A stretch of 48,282 nt of DNA from Rhodospirillaceae bacterium (GCA_013349665.1 DUZF01000001.1:1-48282), one strand, 5' to 3'. Positions 8,649 through 20,879 are shown, counted from the first letter of the stretch. Translations and numbers: made by a program. The notes: a model not told the origin generated them from the sequence alone.

Positions 8649-8857
8649 CGACGAGAAGTCGCCGTCGGGTAGTCGTCGGGGTACGGCTCGGCCTCGTATC
8701 GGGCAAGCGCTTCCTGGATCCGGGCAAGCACAGTTTCACCGGGCACAACGCGACCCGCCTCAATGTCGGCCTTGCTGGCCGCGAGGTCTTCCCTAAGTTG
8801 TTCGATGGTCGTCAAGGTGTGCTGAGCCATCAGCTGAATATAAGCTCTTTTCGGCAA
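8645..8857 (-). CDS. putative antitoxin of the ParE-type toxin
   Basis: Small acidic ORF (62-70 aa; TTG 8857 or ATG 8830) translationally coupled to the toxin (LTTIEQLREDLAASKADIEAGRVVPGETV). Family not recognised with certainty. Confidence 0.5.
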   Translation of the reverse strand: MPKRAYIQLMAQHTLTTIEQLREDLAASKADIEAGRVVPGETVLARIQEALARYEAEPYPDDYPTATSRR

Positions 8858-8870
8858 GAAGCCAAGAATG

Positions 8871-8887
8871 CACGCCTAACGTGCACG
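8871..8887. promoter_or_regulatory. perfect palindrome TGCACG-N5-CGTGCA upstream of the ParE-type TA operon
   Basis: tgcacgcctaacgtgca lies 14 nt upstream of the TTG at 8857, directly abutting the left edge of repeat copy D. Plausible antitoxin operator. Confidence 0.4.
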
Positions 8888-9038
8888 CCTGACGCCGACA
8901 TCCGCATGACGAGAGGTTGTGCGATTCTGCGACAGGGTTTTAGTACGGTCAGTTCCGGCCGTTGTGCGAGACCCGCTCGACGAAACTGTCGATCTGATCA
9001 TTCATTTGTTCGGCGCGGTGGGCGAGATCGCCGGCGGC
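8888..9038 (-). repeat. native MCP 3' end plus downstream flank (copy D of the repeat family)
   Basis: The only copy attached to a full-length gene. Encodes ...[30 protein letters not shown]-stop. Confidence 0.85.
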
Positions 9039-10259
9039 GATGAGAACCTGGCCGGAGGCATCGGTCGCCGTACCCGCCATTTCGGCGACGTCGCCGATGG
9101 TCTGGGCAACCAATTGAATACCCTGCGCGACGGATCGTATCGAGGCGCTGATGTCAGCCACCGCCGTGCTTTGTTGATCGGTCGATGTTGATATGACCGT
9201 TGACGAGGAATCGATCTCGCGGACCATGGAGTCGATATTCCTGATCGCCGACACCGCGGTGTCGGTCATCGACCGCATGTTTCTTATCTGTTCGTCGATC
9301 TCGTCCGTCGCCTTGGCGGTCTGGTTGGCCAGGGTCTTCACCTCATTGGCGACGACGGCGAAGCCTTTTCCCGCCTCGCCGGCGCGGGCCGCCTCGATGG
9401 TCGCATTCAACGCCAGCAGATTGGTCTGGCTGGCGATGGCGTTGATGAGACTGACCACCTCGCCGATGCGCTGGGCGGCATCCACCAGCTTCAGAATATC
9501 CTGGTTGGCCTCGGCGACCACCCGCACCGCCGACTGGGCCTTCTCCGCCGATTGCGTCACCTGCCGGGCGACTTCGCGGATCCCGGCGGCAACCTGCTCC
9601 GCCGTCGCGGCCACCGCGTCGACGCTGGACGAGGTGTCTTCGGCCACATGGACCGCCTCGGAGGAGCTGGCGCTGGTGCGGGCGGCGATTTCCGACATCT
9701 GGCGCGAGGTGGCCTCCAGCTCGGTCGCCGTCGCCGCCATCGCCTCGCTCTCGTTCTTGATGGTGCCGCCGATTTTGCCGGCCTCGGCGGCGAAACTGTC
9801 GCTGCGTTGCTGCATGGAGGCCAAGGCTTTGTTGATCAGTCTTGCATGGGCAGCGAACTCACCCACCAGACCATCGGTGAGGATGTGCCTGAAATAGAGC
9901 CCGGCCGAGGTCTTCTCCATCGCCGCGTCGGCTTCCTTGGTGAAGACTTCCGTCAAATCGAGCAGGCGGTTGACGCCGCGGTCGAGTTCCGCCAACCCGC
10001 CCCGTTCGGTGATGCCGACGATGCGGACGTCAAGGCGGCCGGCCGCCGCCTCGGTCAGCACCGTGGTGGCGCGGCTGATTTCCAGGCGTGTCTTGTGGAG
10101 AAACCACAGGGCGGCCAGGGCCACCACGGCAACCGACAGATTGCCGGCGGCGTTGAGCAGGTCGCCGCGCAGGCTCATGAGGACGATCCCGACCAGGCTG
10201 AGGGCGGCGGCGATGCCGCAGGCCGCATAGGCTTTAGAGAGAGAAGACAAATTCATCAT
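8949..10259 (-). CDS. methyl-accepting chemotaxis protein (TM hairpin, no periplasmic domain)
   Basis: Start taken at ATGATG 10259/10256 (MMNLSSLS...). Two N-terminal TM segments. Conserved signalling hairpin [34 protein letters not shown]. The ORF track extends to 10334, but that part overlaps the PAS gene. Confidence 0.85.
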   Translation of the reverse strand: MMNLSSLSKAYAACGIAAALSLVGIVLMSLRGDLLNAAGNLSVAVVALAALWFLHKTRLEISRATTVLTEAAAGRLDVRIVGITERGGLAELDRGVNRLLDLTEVFTKEADAAMEKTSAGLYFRHILTDGLVGEFAAHARLINKALASMQQRSDSFAAEAGKIGGTIKNESEAMAATATELEATSRQMSEIAARTSASSSEAVHVAEDTSSSVDAVAATAEQVAAGIREVARQVTQSAEKAQSAVRVVAEANQDILKLVDAAQRIGEVVSLINAIASQTNLLALNATIEAARAGEAGKGFAVVANEVKTLANQTAKATDEIDEQIRNMRSMTDTAVSAIRNIDSMVREIDSSSTVISTSTDQQSTAVADISASIRSVAQGIQLVAQTIGDVAEMAGTATDASGQVLIAAGDLAHRAEQMNDQIDSFVERVSHNGRN

Positions 10260-10758
10260 AGGAAATCCCCGCCGCCTGCAACTTGCTGAGCACCGCCTGG
10301 AAGCCGGCCTCCATTCCCGCCTTGCGATCGGCATGGGATTTTTCGATGGCCAGAAGTTCCTTGTAAAGGGCGTCCGCCTTGGCCACCGCCTCGGGCCGCG
10401 GCGAGCGGCGGTTGGAATGATAGCTGACGATCCGCCCGGTCTCGTCGAAGGTCGGCGTCACATGCGCAAGAACCCAGTAATGATCGCCGTTCTTGGCCCG
10501 ATTAAGTACATAGGCGAAGATCTCTTTCCCCGATTCGATGGTGTCCCAAAGCAGTTTGAAGACACAGCGGGGCATGGCGGGATGGCGGACGATGCTGTGC
10601 GGTTGCCCCAGCATTTCCTTCTCGCTGTAACCCGCCAAGCGCAGAAAGACCTCGTTCCCATAGATGATGTGACCCTTGGGATTGGTCTTGCTGACAATGA
10701 TTTCATTGGTACCGAACTTTCGCTCGACCCCGGATAGGAACACGCCGTCTTTCGCCAT
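10234..10758 (-). CDS. stand-alone Aer-like PAS domain protein
   Basis: 174 aa. [44 protein letters not shown] ... [17 protein letters not shown] resembles the FAD-binding PAS of Aer. Its 3' end overlaps the MCP start by 26 nt. Confidence 0.75.
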   Translation of the reverse strand: MAKDGVFLSGVERKFGTNEIIVSKTNPKGHIIYGNEVFLRLAGYSEKEMLGQPHSIVRHPAMPRCVFKLLWDTIESGKEIFAYVLNRAKNGDHYWVLAHVTPTFDETGRIVSYHSNRRSPRPEAVAKADALYKELLAIEKSHADRKAGMEAGFQAVLSKLQAAGISYDEFVFSL

Positions 10759-10899
10759 ATTTACCCCGATTGCCGCCTACGTTCCCCCGCCCGGGGGCAA
10801 CCCGGCGCGACCGCCCACTCTTAAGGCCTGTCTCGGGCAAGGAAGGCAAGTGGGTGTTAGTATGGTAAACCAAACGTTTATATTTTGTATAATACCTTT

Positions 10900-10925
10900 G
10901 TGCCCGGGCGCTGTCGCCCGGGCAC
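10900..10925 (-). terminator. hairpin downstream of maeB
   Basis: gtgcccgggcg ctgt cgcccgggcac, a perfect 11-bp stem 10 nt after the maeB stop. No clear U-tract on either strand. Confidence 0.4.
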
Positions 10926-10935
10926 CGAAGGCCGG

Positions 10936-13233
<2,298 letters not shown>

Positions 13234-13294
13234 GAGTGGATCCTTCTTCATTGTTTTTGTTCATGTAACGGATAACGGACGCGAAAATCCGGGG

Positions 13295-13783
13295 TCAGGC
13301 GGATCGCTGATTGGCGTGGACATTGGCTCCGCCGGCGGCGGTCAGAATGTCGATCGCCTGGGGCCGTCGTGCCGGGTCGGCGATGTCGACCCACAGCAAC
13401 AGGCTGCCGGCCTCCAACGCCCGGACGAAATCCTCCGAATGCGGCTTGGCGGTCACCTCGTCGAGGAATTCCTTGACGGCGGCGCCGCCGACCCCGGCGG
13501 CGATGAGCGCGGCGATGGCGGCGCCCACCGGACCGGTGGCCAGGGCGATGAGCCCGGCGGTGATCAGCGGACCCTCGTATTTGAGCTCGCCGACCAGGGC
13601 GACCAGGCGTTCTTTCCAGCCGGCGACCGCCGTCTGGGCGGCGTCGATGCTGTCATGGGAGGCCAGGACCGAAATGTCGCTGCGCTGGAATCCGGCCGCC
13701 AGCAGGCTTTGCACGGCGCAATCAAAATCGCGGCGGGTGGAAAATATGCCGACCACTTCGCTGCGGGTGCGAGAACTGCTCAA
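13295..13783 (-). CDS. hypothetical membrane-associated protein
   Basis: 162-aa ORF with good GC3 bias and a central Gly/Ala-rich hydrophobic segment (LITAGLIALATGPVGAAIAALIAAGVGGAAV). No confident family assignment. Confidence 0.5.
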   Translation of the reverse strand: MSSSRTRSEVVGIFSTRRDFDCAVQSLLAAGFQRSDISVLASHDSIDAAQTAVAGWKERLVALVGELKYEGPLITAGLIALATGPVGAAIAALIAAGVGGAAVKEFLDEVTAKPHSEDFVRALEAGSLLLWVDIADPARRPQAIDILTAAGGANVHANQRSA

Positions 13784-13859
13784 CGGATGCCATCCTCTAT
13801 CCAGACGACCCTCATTGTGCCGTATGCGCGTCGGGTTTCATAGCCCCCCCTGACCGATC

Positions 13860-16544
13860 ATGGTAAGTTTCCCGCCTTCCAACAGGGACCGTCATATCTT
13901 GAACGACACATCCTACGGCGAAGAGACTATCCGCCCGCCGGCGGCCGACGAGGGGACGCCGATGATGGTGCAATACCTCGCCATCAAGGCTGCCCATCCC
14001 GACTGCCTGCTGTTCTATCGCATGGGCGATTTCTACGAGATGTTCTTCGCCGACGCCGAACGGGCGGCGGCGGCGCTGGACATCACGCTGACCCGGCGCG
14101 GCAAGCATGGCGGCGAGGATATTCCCATGTGCGGGGTGCCGGTGCACAGCCATGAGGGCTATCTGTCGCGCCTGATCCGCAAGGGCTTCAAGGTTGCCGT
14201 CTGCGAACAGACCGAGGATCCGGCGGCGGCCAGGAAGCGCGGCGCCAAATCGGTGGTCGAGCGGGCGGTGATCCGTGTCGTCACCCCCGGCACCCTGACC
14301 GAGGAGGCGCTGCTCGACGCCCGCCGCCACAACTATCTGGCCGCCCTGGCCGAGGTGCATGGCGGCCTCGGCCTGGCCTGGCTGGACATGTCCACCGGCG
14401 ATTTCCAGACCCAGGCGCTGGGCCCCGGGTCGCTGGGCGCCGCCCTCGCCCGCCTGATGCCGGGCGAACTGCTGCTGTCGGAACGCCTCCTCGACCAGCC
14501 GGGCCTGGTCGACTGGAAGGCGGTGCTCTGTCCGCTGCCGGCCGTGCGCTTCGATTCGGAAAACGCCCGCCGCCGCCTGGAGGCGCTTTACGGGGTCAGG
14601 GCGCTGGATGCTTTCGGCAGTTTCGGACGGGCGGAACTGGCCGCCGCCGGAGCGCTGGTCGACTATCTCGAACTGACCCAGAAGGGCCGCCTGCCGCGCC
14701 TGCCGGCGCCGCGCCGCCTGGCCGAGGGGGCGGTGATGGAGATCGACGCCGCCACCAGGCGCAATCTCGAACTGACCGAGACGCTGACCGGCCAGCGCGG
14801 CGGCAGTCTGCTGGCGGTGATCGACCGCACCGTCAGCGGCGCCGGCGGACGCCTGCTGGCCGGCCATCTGGGGGCGCCGCTGACCGATGTGGCGGCCATC
14901 GAGGGGCGTCTGGACATGGTGGCCTTTTTCGCCGGTCCGCATGGCCTGAGGGCCGATATCCGCCAATTGCTGGGCCGCTGTCCGGATGTCGAGCGGGCCC
15001 TGTCCCGCCTGACGCTGGGCCGCGGCGGACCGCGCGATCTGGCGGCGATCGCCGAGGCCCTCGGCCAGGTCCCGGCGCTGCGGACCCGGCTGGCCGGCGA
15101 GGATTGCCTGCGGCCGCCGCCCCCCGGCGTCGACGCTGCCGCCGCCGATCTCGGCGACCATGGCGCGCTGGTCGACCATCTGCGCCGGGCGCTGGCCGAG
15201 GACCTGCCGAATACCGTCAAGGACGGCGGCTTCATCGCCGCCGGCTACGATGCCGATCTCGACGAGCTGCGCTCCCTGCGCGACGAAAGCCGCCGCCTCA
15301 TCGCGGCGCTGCAGGCCCGCTATGCCGAGGAGGCCGGGGTGGCGGCGCTGAAGGTCCGCCACAACAATGTGCTGGGCTATTATGTCGAGGTGCCGGCGAA
15401 GCAGGCCGAACGCATGGGGCCGCCGTTCATCCACCGCCAGACCGTCGCCTCGGCGATGCGCTATGCCACGGTGGAACTGGGCGAGTTGGAGGACCGCATC
15501 CGCAGCGCCGCCGAAAAGGCGCTGGCGGTGGAACTCGATCTGTTCAACCGCCTGCTCGCTTTGGTGATCGGCGACGCCGACGCCATCGCCCGGGCGGCCG
15601 GCGGGCTGGCCCGTCTCGACGTCGCCGCCGCTCTCGCCGAACTGGCGGTGGAGCGGCGTTATTGTCGCCCGCAGCTGGAGGACGGCACCGCCTTTTGCAT
15701 CACCGGCGGCCGTCATCCGGTGGTCGAGGCGGCGCTGGAGGGAAGTTTCGTCGGCAATGACTGCGACCTTGCCGACAGCCGCCGACTGTGGCTGCTGACC
15801 GGACCCAACATGGCCGGCAAGTCCACCTTTCTACGGCAGAACGCGCTGATCGCGGTGCTCGCCCAGATGGGCAGCTTCGTCCCCGCCGAGGAGGCCCGCA
15901 TCGGCATCGTCGACCGCCTGTTCAGCCGTGTCGGCGCCGCCGACGACCTCGCCCGCGGCCGCTCCACCTTCATGGTGGAAATGGTCGAGACGGCGGCCAT
16001 TCTCAACCAGGCCGGCGCGCGGGCGCTGGTCATCCTCGACGAGATCGGCCGCGGCACCGCCACCTTCGACGGCCTGTCCATCGCCTGGGCGGTGGTCGAG
16101 CATCTGCATGACGTCACCCGCTGCCGCGCCCTGTTTGCCACCCATTACCACGAGCTGACGGCGCTCGCCGCCAAACTGCCGGCGCTGTCCTGCCACGCCA
16201 TGCGGGTCAAGGAATGGCAAAACGAGGTGGTGTTCCTGCATGAGGTCGGGCCGGGGGCCGCCGACCGCTCCTACGGCATTCATGTGGCGCGGCTGGCGGG
16301 CTTGCCGGCTGCCGTCCTCGGGCGCGCCGAAACCATTCTGCACAGCCTGGAGAAGGGCCAGCAGTCGTCGTCCCTGGCCAAACTGGCCGATGACCTGCCG
16401 TTGTTCGCCGCCGCCCCGCGCCCCGCCCCGGCCGCCGCGCCGCCGTCGCCGGTGCTGGCCGAGCTGGCCGGCATCAACCCCGACCTGTTGAGTCCGCGCG
16501 ATGCGCTGGATGTCCTGTACCGTCTCAAGAACCTGCTGATATAG
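13860..16544 (+). CDS. mutS: DNA mismatch repair protein MutS
   Basis: [30 protein letters not shown] at the N-terminus, Walker [26 protein letters not shown]. An alternative start at ATG 13962 has a GAGGGG RBS. Confidence 0.9.
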   Translation: MVSFPPSNRDRHILNDTSYGEETIRPPAADEGTPMMVQYLAIKAAHPDCLLFYRMGDFYEMFFADAERAAAALDITLTRRGKHGGEDIPMCGVPVHSHEGYLSRLIRKGFKVAVCEQTEDPAAARKRGAKSVVERAVIRVVTPGTLTEEALLDARRHNYLAALAEVHGGLGLAWLDMSTGDFQTQALGPGSLGAALARLMPGELLLSERLLDQPGLVDWKAVLCPLPAVRFDSENARRRLEALYGVRALDAFGSFGRAELAAAGALVDYLELTQKGRLPRLPAPRRLAEGAVMEIDAATRRNLELTETLTGQRGGSLLAVIDRTVSGAGGRLLAGHLGAPLTDVAAIEGRLDMVAFFAGPHGLRADIRQLLGRCPDVERALSRLTLGRGGPRDLAAIAEALGQVPALRTRLAGEDCLRPPPPGVDAAAADLGDHGALVDHLRRALAEDLPNTVKDGGFIAAGYDADLDELRSLRDESRRLIAALQARYAEEAGVAALKVRHNNVLGYYVEVPAKQAERMGPPFIHRQTVASAMRYATVELGELEDRIRSAAEKALAVELDLFNRLLALVIGDADAIARAAGGLARLDVAAALAELAVERRYCRPQLEDGTAFCITGGRHPVVEAALEGSFVGNDCDLADSRRLWLLTGPNMAGKSTFLRQNALIAVLAQMGSFVPAEEARIGIVDRLFSRVGAADDLARGRSTFMVEMVETAAILNQAGARALVILDEIGRGTATFDGLSIAWAVVEHLHDVTRCRALFATHYHELTALAAKLPALSCHAMRVKEWQNEVVFLHEVGPGAADRSYGIHVARLAGLPAAVLGRAETILHSLEKGQQSSSLAKLADDLPLFAAAPRPAPAAAPPSPVLAELAGINPDLLSPRDALDVLYRLKNLLI

Positions 16545-16547
16545 TGA

Positions 16548-19343
16548 ATGGCCATGGCACAGAAAATCAGCAATCAGCGGGCCATCATCGACCGGGCGGC
16601 GGTCACAGCCGAACTGGCGGCGGTGGTCGGTGAGGGACTGCCCAAGCAGAAGCGCCGCGCCCGCGTCCTCGAGGTCTTCAAGCAGGTCCTGCAGGACGGC
16701 CATGGCGAAGTGCGCCGGCGGTTCGAAAAGGACGGCCGCGGCGCCGCCGCGGTCGCCGAGAACTGCTTCCTGATGGATCAGCTGATCCGTCTCGTCCATG
16801 ACTTCGCCAGCCTGCACGAATACCCCACCGGGGTCGCCACCACCGGCCAGGTGATGAGCATCGCCGCCGTCGGCGGCTACGGCCGCGGCGAACTGGCGCC
16901 GCAATCGGACCTCGATCTGCTGTTCCTGCTGCCCTACAAGCGCACCTCGCATGCCGAGCAGGTCGTCGAATACATGCTGTATCTGCTCTGGGACCTGGGT
17001 CTCAAGGTCGGCCATTCGACCCGCTCGGTGGATGAATGCATCCGCCACGCCAAGGCCGACATGACCATCCGCACGGCACTGCTGGAGACCCGGTGGCTGT
17101 GGGGCGACCAGACGCTGTTCGGCGAATTGAAGAAGCGCTACCGCTCGGAAGTGGTGGCCGGTTCGACCGAATTGTTCGTCGAGGCGAAAATGGCCGAACG
17201 CAACGAGCGGCACGCCCGCCTCGGCGAGGCCCGCTACGTGCTGGAACCCAATATCAAGGAGGGCAAGGGCGGCCTGCGCGACCTCCATACGCTGTTCTGG
17301 ATCGCCAAATATCTTTATGTCATCAACGACGTCAGGGATCTGGTGGGGCTCGGCGCACTGTCCGAGGATGCCGCCAGCCGCTTCGCCAAAGCCCAGGACT
17401 TCCTGTGGACGGTGCGCTGCCACCTGCATTACCTGACCGGCCGCCAGGAAGACCGCCTGACCTTCGACATCCAGCAGGAAATCGCCTCGCGCATGGGCTA
17501 TACCGACCATGGCGGCACGCTGGGCGTCGAGCGCTTCATGAAGCATTACTTCCTGATCGCCAAGGATGTCGGCGACCTGACCCGCATTTTCTGCGCGCTG
17601 CTGGAAAGCACGCACAAGAAAAAGCCTCTGTTGCGCATGCCGACGATCCTGCGCCAGAAGAAGATCGACGGCTTCCAGGTCGAGGGCAACCGTCTCGACA
17701 TCCTCGACCAGGCCGATCTGGAAAAGGATCCGGTGAAGATGGTGCGCCTCTTCGCCACCGCGCTCAGCCTCGACCTCGATATCCATCCCCATGCGCTGTC
17801 CCTGGTCACCCAGAACCTGAAGCGCATCGACAATCGGATGCGCAACGACCCCGAGCCCAATCGCCTGTTCATGAACATGCTGACCTCGGGCAAGGACCCC
17901 GAGATGGCCTTGCGTCATATGAACGAGGCCGGTGTGCTGGGCCGCTTCATCCCCGATTTCGGGCGGGTGGTGGCGCAGATGCAGTACGACATGTACCATG
18001 TCTACACGGTGGACGAGCATACCATTCAGGCGCTCGGCATCCTGCACCGCATCGAGCAGGGCCGGCTGGCTGAGGAACTTCCCACCTCGACCGAGGTGAT
18101 GCGCACCATCCAGTCGCGCCGCGCGCTCTATCTGGCTTTGTTCCTGCACGACATCGCTAAGGGGCGCAACGGCGACCATTCCGAGCTGGGCGCCGAGGTG
18201 GCGCTGAAGCTGGGGCCACGCCTCGGCCTGACCGACGAGGAGACGGAAACCGCCAGCTGGCTGGTGCGCCACCATCTGCTGATGACCCGCACCGCCTTCA
18301 AGCGCGACATCGACGACCCGCAAACCCTCGCCGGCTTCGTCGCCGTCGTGCAAAGCCCGGAACGGCTGAAGCTGCTGCTGCTGCTGACGGTGGCCGATGT
18401 GCGGGCGGTGGGTCCCAATGTGTGGAACAATTGGAAGGCCGGTCTGCTGCGCGAACTGTTCGGCCGCGCCCTCGACCGCATGAGCGGCGGTATCGGCGCC
18501 GAACGCTATGGCGCGCGGGTCGAAGCGGCGCAGGCGGCCTTGCGCGCCCAGCTGGTGCCGCTATGGCCGGCGGCCGACATCGATGCCCATCTGGCCCGCG
18601 GCTATCCGTCCTATTGGGTGTCCTTCGACACCGCCTCGCAGCTGCGCCATGCCCAGCTGATCCGCGAGGCCGAGCAGGCGCGCGCGCCGTTGACCGTCGA
18701 CTGGCGCCAGGACAAAAGCCAGGGCGTCACCGAGGTCACCATCTACACCGGCGACCATGCCGGGCTGTTTTCCCAGATCGCCGGCGCCATGGCGTTGTGC
18801 GGCGCCAATATCGTCGATGCCAAGATCATCACCATGACCAACGGCATGGCGCTCGACAGCTTCGTCATCCAGGACTCCGAGGGCGAGGCCTTCGACTCCC
18901 CCAGCCGGCTGGCCAAACTGGCGGCGTCGCTGGATCAGGCGCTGACCGGCCGGTTGCGTTTCGAACGCGAGCTGGCCAAGCGCGGCAGCGCCATGGCCGC
19001 CAGCCGCACCCGGGTATTCAAGGTGCAGCCCCGGGTGGTGGTGGACAACACCGCCAGCGCCGGCCATACCCTCATCGAAGTCAACGCCCGCGACCGCATC
19101 GGCCTGCTCTATGACATCACCGCGGCGATGACCCGGCTCAACCTGCAGATCTCCTCGGCCCATATCTCGACCTATGGCGAGCGGGCGGTGGACGTGTTCT
19201 ATGTCAAGAACGTCTTCGGCCTGAAGGTCGAACATACCGGTAAAGTCAGGGAAATCCGCAAGGCCCTCGACATGGTGCTGCGCGACCCCGGACTGGCGGG
19301 AAGCCTGCCGCCGGGCGGCGGCCAGGCATCGGCCGCCCAGTGA
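16548..19343 (+). CDS. glnD: [protein-PII] uridylyltransferase/uridylyl-removing enzyme GlnD
   Basis: 931 aa. Nucleotidyltransferase motif AVGGYGRGELAPQSDLDLLFL, HD domain (FLHDIAKG), two C-terminal ACT-like segments. Starts 3 nt after the mutS stop. Confidence 0.9.
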   Translation: MAMAQKISNQRAIIDRAAVTAELAAVVGEGLPKQKRRARVLEVFKQVLQDGHGEVRRRFEKDGRGAAAVAENCFLMDQLIRLVHDFASLHEYPTGVATTGQVMSIAAVGGYGRGELAPQSDLDLLFLLPYKRTSHAEQVVEYMLYLLWDLGLKVGHSTRSVDECIRHAKADMTIRTALLETRWLWGDQTLFGELKKRYRSEVVAGSTELFVEAKMAERNERHARLGEARYVLEPNIKEGKGGLRDLHTLFWIAKYLYVINDVRDLVGLGALSEDAASRFAKAQDFLWTVRCHLHYLTGRQEDRLTFDIQQEIASRMGYTDHGGTLGVERFMKHYFLIAKDVGDLTRIFCALLESTHKKKPLLRMPTILRQKKIDGFQVEGNRLDILDQADLEKDPVKMVRLFATALSLDLDIHPHALSLVTQNLKRIDNRMRNDPEPNRLFMNMLTSGKDPEMALRHMNEAGVLGRFIPDFGRVVAQMQYDMYHVYTVDEHTIQALGILHRIEQGRLAEELPTSTEVMRTIQSRRALYLALFLHDIAKGRNGDHSELGAEVALKLGPRLGLTDEETETASWLVRHHLLMTRTAFKRDIDDPQTLAGFVAVVQSPERLKLLLLLTVADVRAVGPNVWNNWKAGLLRELFGRALDRMSGGIGAERYGARVEAAQAALRAQLVPLWPAADIDAHLARGYPSYWVSFDTASQLRHAQLIREAEQARAPLTVDWRQDKSQGVTEVTIYTGDHAGLFSQIAGAMALCGANIVDAKIITMTNGMALDSFVIQDSEGEAFDSPSRLAKLAASLDQALTGRLRFERELAKRGSAMAASRTRVFKVQPRVVVDNTASAGHTLIEVNARDRIGLLYDITAAMTRLNLQISSAHISTYGERAVDVFYVKNVFGLKVEHTGKVREIRKALDMVLRDPGLAGSLPPGGGQASAAQ

Positions 19344-19353
19344 GCCCGGCCCA

Positions 19354-20877
19354 GTGAGCCTCGGCAAGGCGATCGCCACCATCGGCGGGCTGACGGTGCT
19401 GAGCCGCATCACCGGCCTGGCGCGCGAGATGCTGGTCGCCCGCTATCTCGGCGCCGGCACGGTGGCCGACGCCTTTTTCGTCGCCTTTCGCTTTCCCAAT
19501 CTGTTCCGCAGCCTGTTCGCCGAAGGGGCCTTCAACGCCGCCTTCGTGCCGTTGTTCGCCGGCAAGCTGGAGGGCGAGGGGCGAGACGCCGCCAGGGCCT
19601 TCGCCGAGGAATGCCTGGCGGTGCTGGGCTGGTCGGTGCTGGCCTTCGTCGCGGTGATGGAAATCGTCATGCCCTGGGCGATGTACGGCCTGGCTCCCGG
19701 CTTCGACGACGTGCCCGGCAAGATGGCCCTGGCCACCGAGATGGCGCGCATCACCTTTCCCTATCTTCTGTTCATTTCCATGGTGTCGCTGCAAAGCGGC
19801 GTGCTCAATTCGCTGGGCCGTTTCGCCGCCGCCGCCGGCACGCCGATCCTGCTCAACCTGACCTCGATGGCGGTGCTGGTGGCGCTGGTCCCTTATACCG
19901 AGACCCCCGGCCATGCCATGGCCTTCGGCGTCTTCGCCTCCGGCATCGCGCAATTCCTCTGGCTGGTGTTTTCGGTGCGCTCGGCCGGAATGGTCCTGCG
20001 TCCGGTGCGCCCCCGGCTGAGCCCGGAGGTCAGGCTGATGTTGCGCCGCGTGGTGCCGGGGGCGGTGGGGGCCGGGGTGTATCAGGTCAATCTGCTGATC
20101 AACACGATGATCGCCTCATCGGTGGCCAATGGCGCCGTCAGCTACCTCAATTATGCCGATCGCGTCAACCAGCTGCCGCTGGGGGTGGTCGGCATCGCCA
20201 TCGGCACCGCCCTGCTGCCGCTGCTGTCGCGTCAGTTGCGGGCGGGCGACGAGGCGGGCGCCGTCGACAGCCAGAACCGGGCCATGGAACTGGGTCTGCT
20301 GCTGACCCTGCCGGCGGCTCTGGCGCTGGTGGTCATCGCCCTGCCGGTGGTTGTGGTGGTCTATCAGCGCGGCTCGTTCAACGCCGGGGACAGCCTGGCG
20401 GTGGCGGCGGCGCTCAAGGCCTTTGCCCTCGGCCTGCCGGCCTATGTGCTGGTCAAGGCGCTGACGCCGGCCTTCTTCGCCCGGCACGACACGCGGACGC
20501 CGGTGCGGGTGGCGATGGTGACGATGGTGGCCAATGTGGTGTTCAATCTGGCGTTGATGGGGCCGCTCAAACATGTCGGCATGGCGCTGTCGACGGCGCT
20601 GGCCGCCTGGCTGAATGTCATCCTGCTGGCCTGGTTCCTGCGCCGGCGCGGCTATTTCGTCGTCGACGCGCGGCTGCGCTCGCGGGCCCCCAGGATCCTG
20701 GCCGCCGGTCTGGTCATGGCCGGGGCGCTGTGGGCCGCCGACCGGGCGCTGCCGCCGGCGCCCTGGGCCCTGGCGGTGCTGATCGCCGCCGGCACCGCCG
20801 TCTACGCCGCCGCGGTATTGGCCTTGGGCGCGGCGCGCTGGGGCGAGGTAAAGGCGATGCTGCGCCGCAGCCGTTGA
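19354..20877 (+). CDS. murJ: lipid II flippase MurJ (MviN)
   Basis: 507 aa, polytopic. LSRITGLAREMLVARYLGAG...ADAFFVAFRFPNLFRSLFAEGAFNAAFVP is the MurJ N-terminal signature. GTG start. Confidence 0.9.
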   Translation: MSLGKAIATIGGLTVLSRITGLAREMLVARYLGAGTVADAFFVAFRFPNLFRSLFAEGAFNAAFVPLFAGKLEGEGRDAARAFAEECLAVLGWSVLAFVAVMEIVMPWAMYGLAPGFDDVPGKMALATEMARITFPYLLFISMVSLQSGVLNSLGRFAAAAGTPILLNLTSMAVLVALVPYTETPGHAMAFGVFASGIAQFLWLVFSVRSAGMVLRPVRPRLSPEVRLMLRRVVPGAVGAGVYQVNLLINTMIASSVANGAVSYLNYADRVNQLPLGVVGIAIGTALLPLLSRQLRAGDEAGAVDSQNRAMELGLLLTLPAALALVVIALPVVVVVYQRGSFNAGDSLAVAAALKAFALGLPAYVLVKALTPAFFARHDTRTPVRVAMVTMVANVVFNLALMGPLKHVGMALSTALAAWLNVILLAWFLRRRGYFVVDARLRSRAPRILAAGLVMAGALWAADRALPPAPWALAVLIAAGTAVYAAAVLALGAARWGEVKAMLRRSR

Positions 20878-20879
20878 TC

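Noticed and set aside
10260-10334. N-terminal 25-codon extension of the MCP ORF (start at 10334)
   Set aside because: It would overlap the PAS gene by 100 nt and encodes an Arg/Cys-rich peptide. The ATGATG at 10259 immediately precedes the first TM segment.
13812-18353. 634-aa and 840-aa minus-strand ORFs (13812-15716, 15831-18353)
   Set aside because: They are antisense shadows of mutS and glnD. No recognisable domains, and composition typical of reverse-frame GC-rich sequence.
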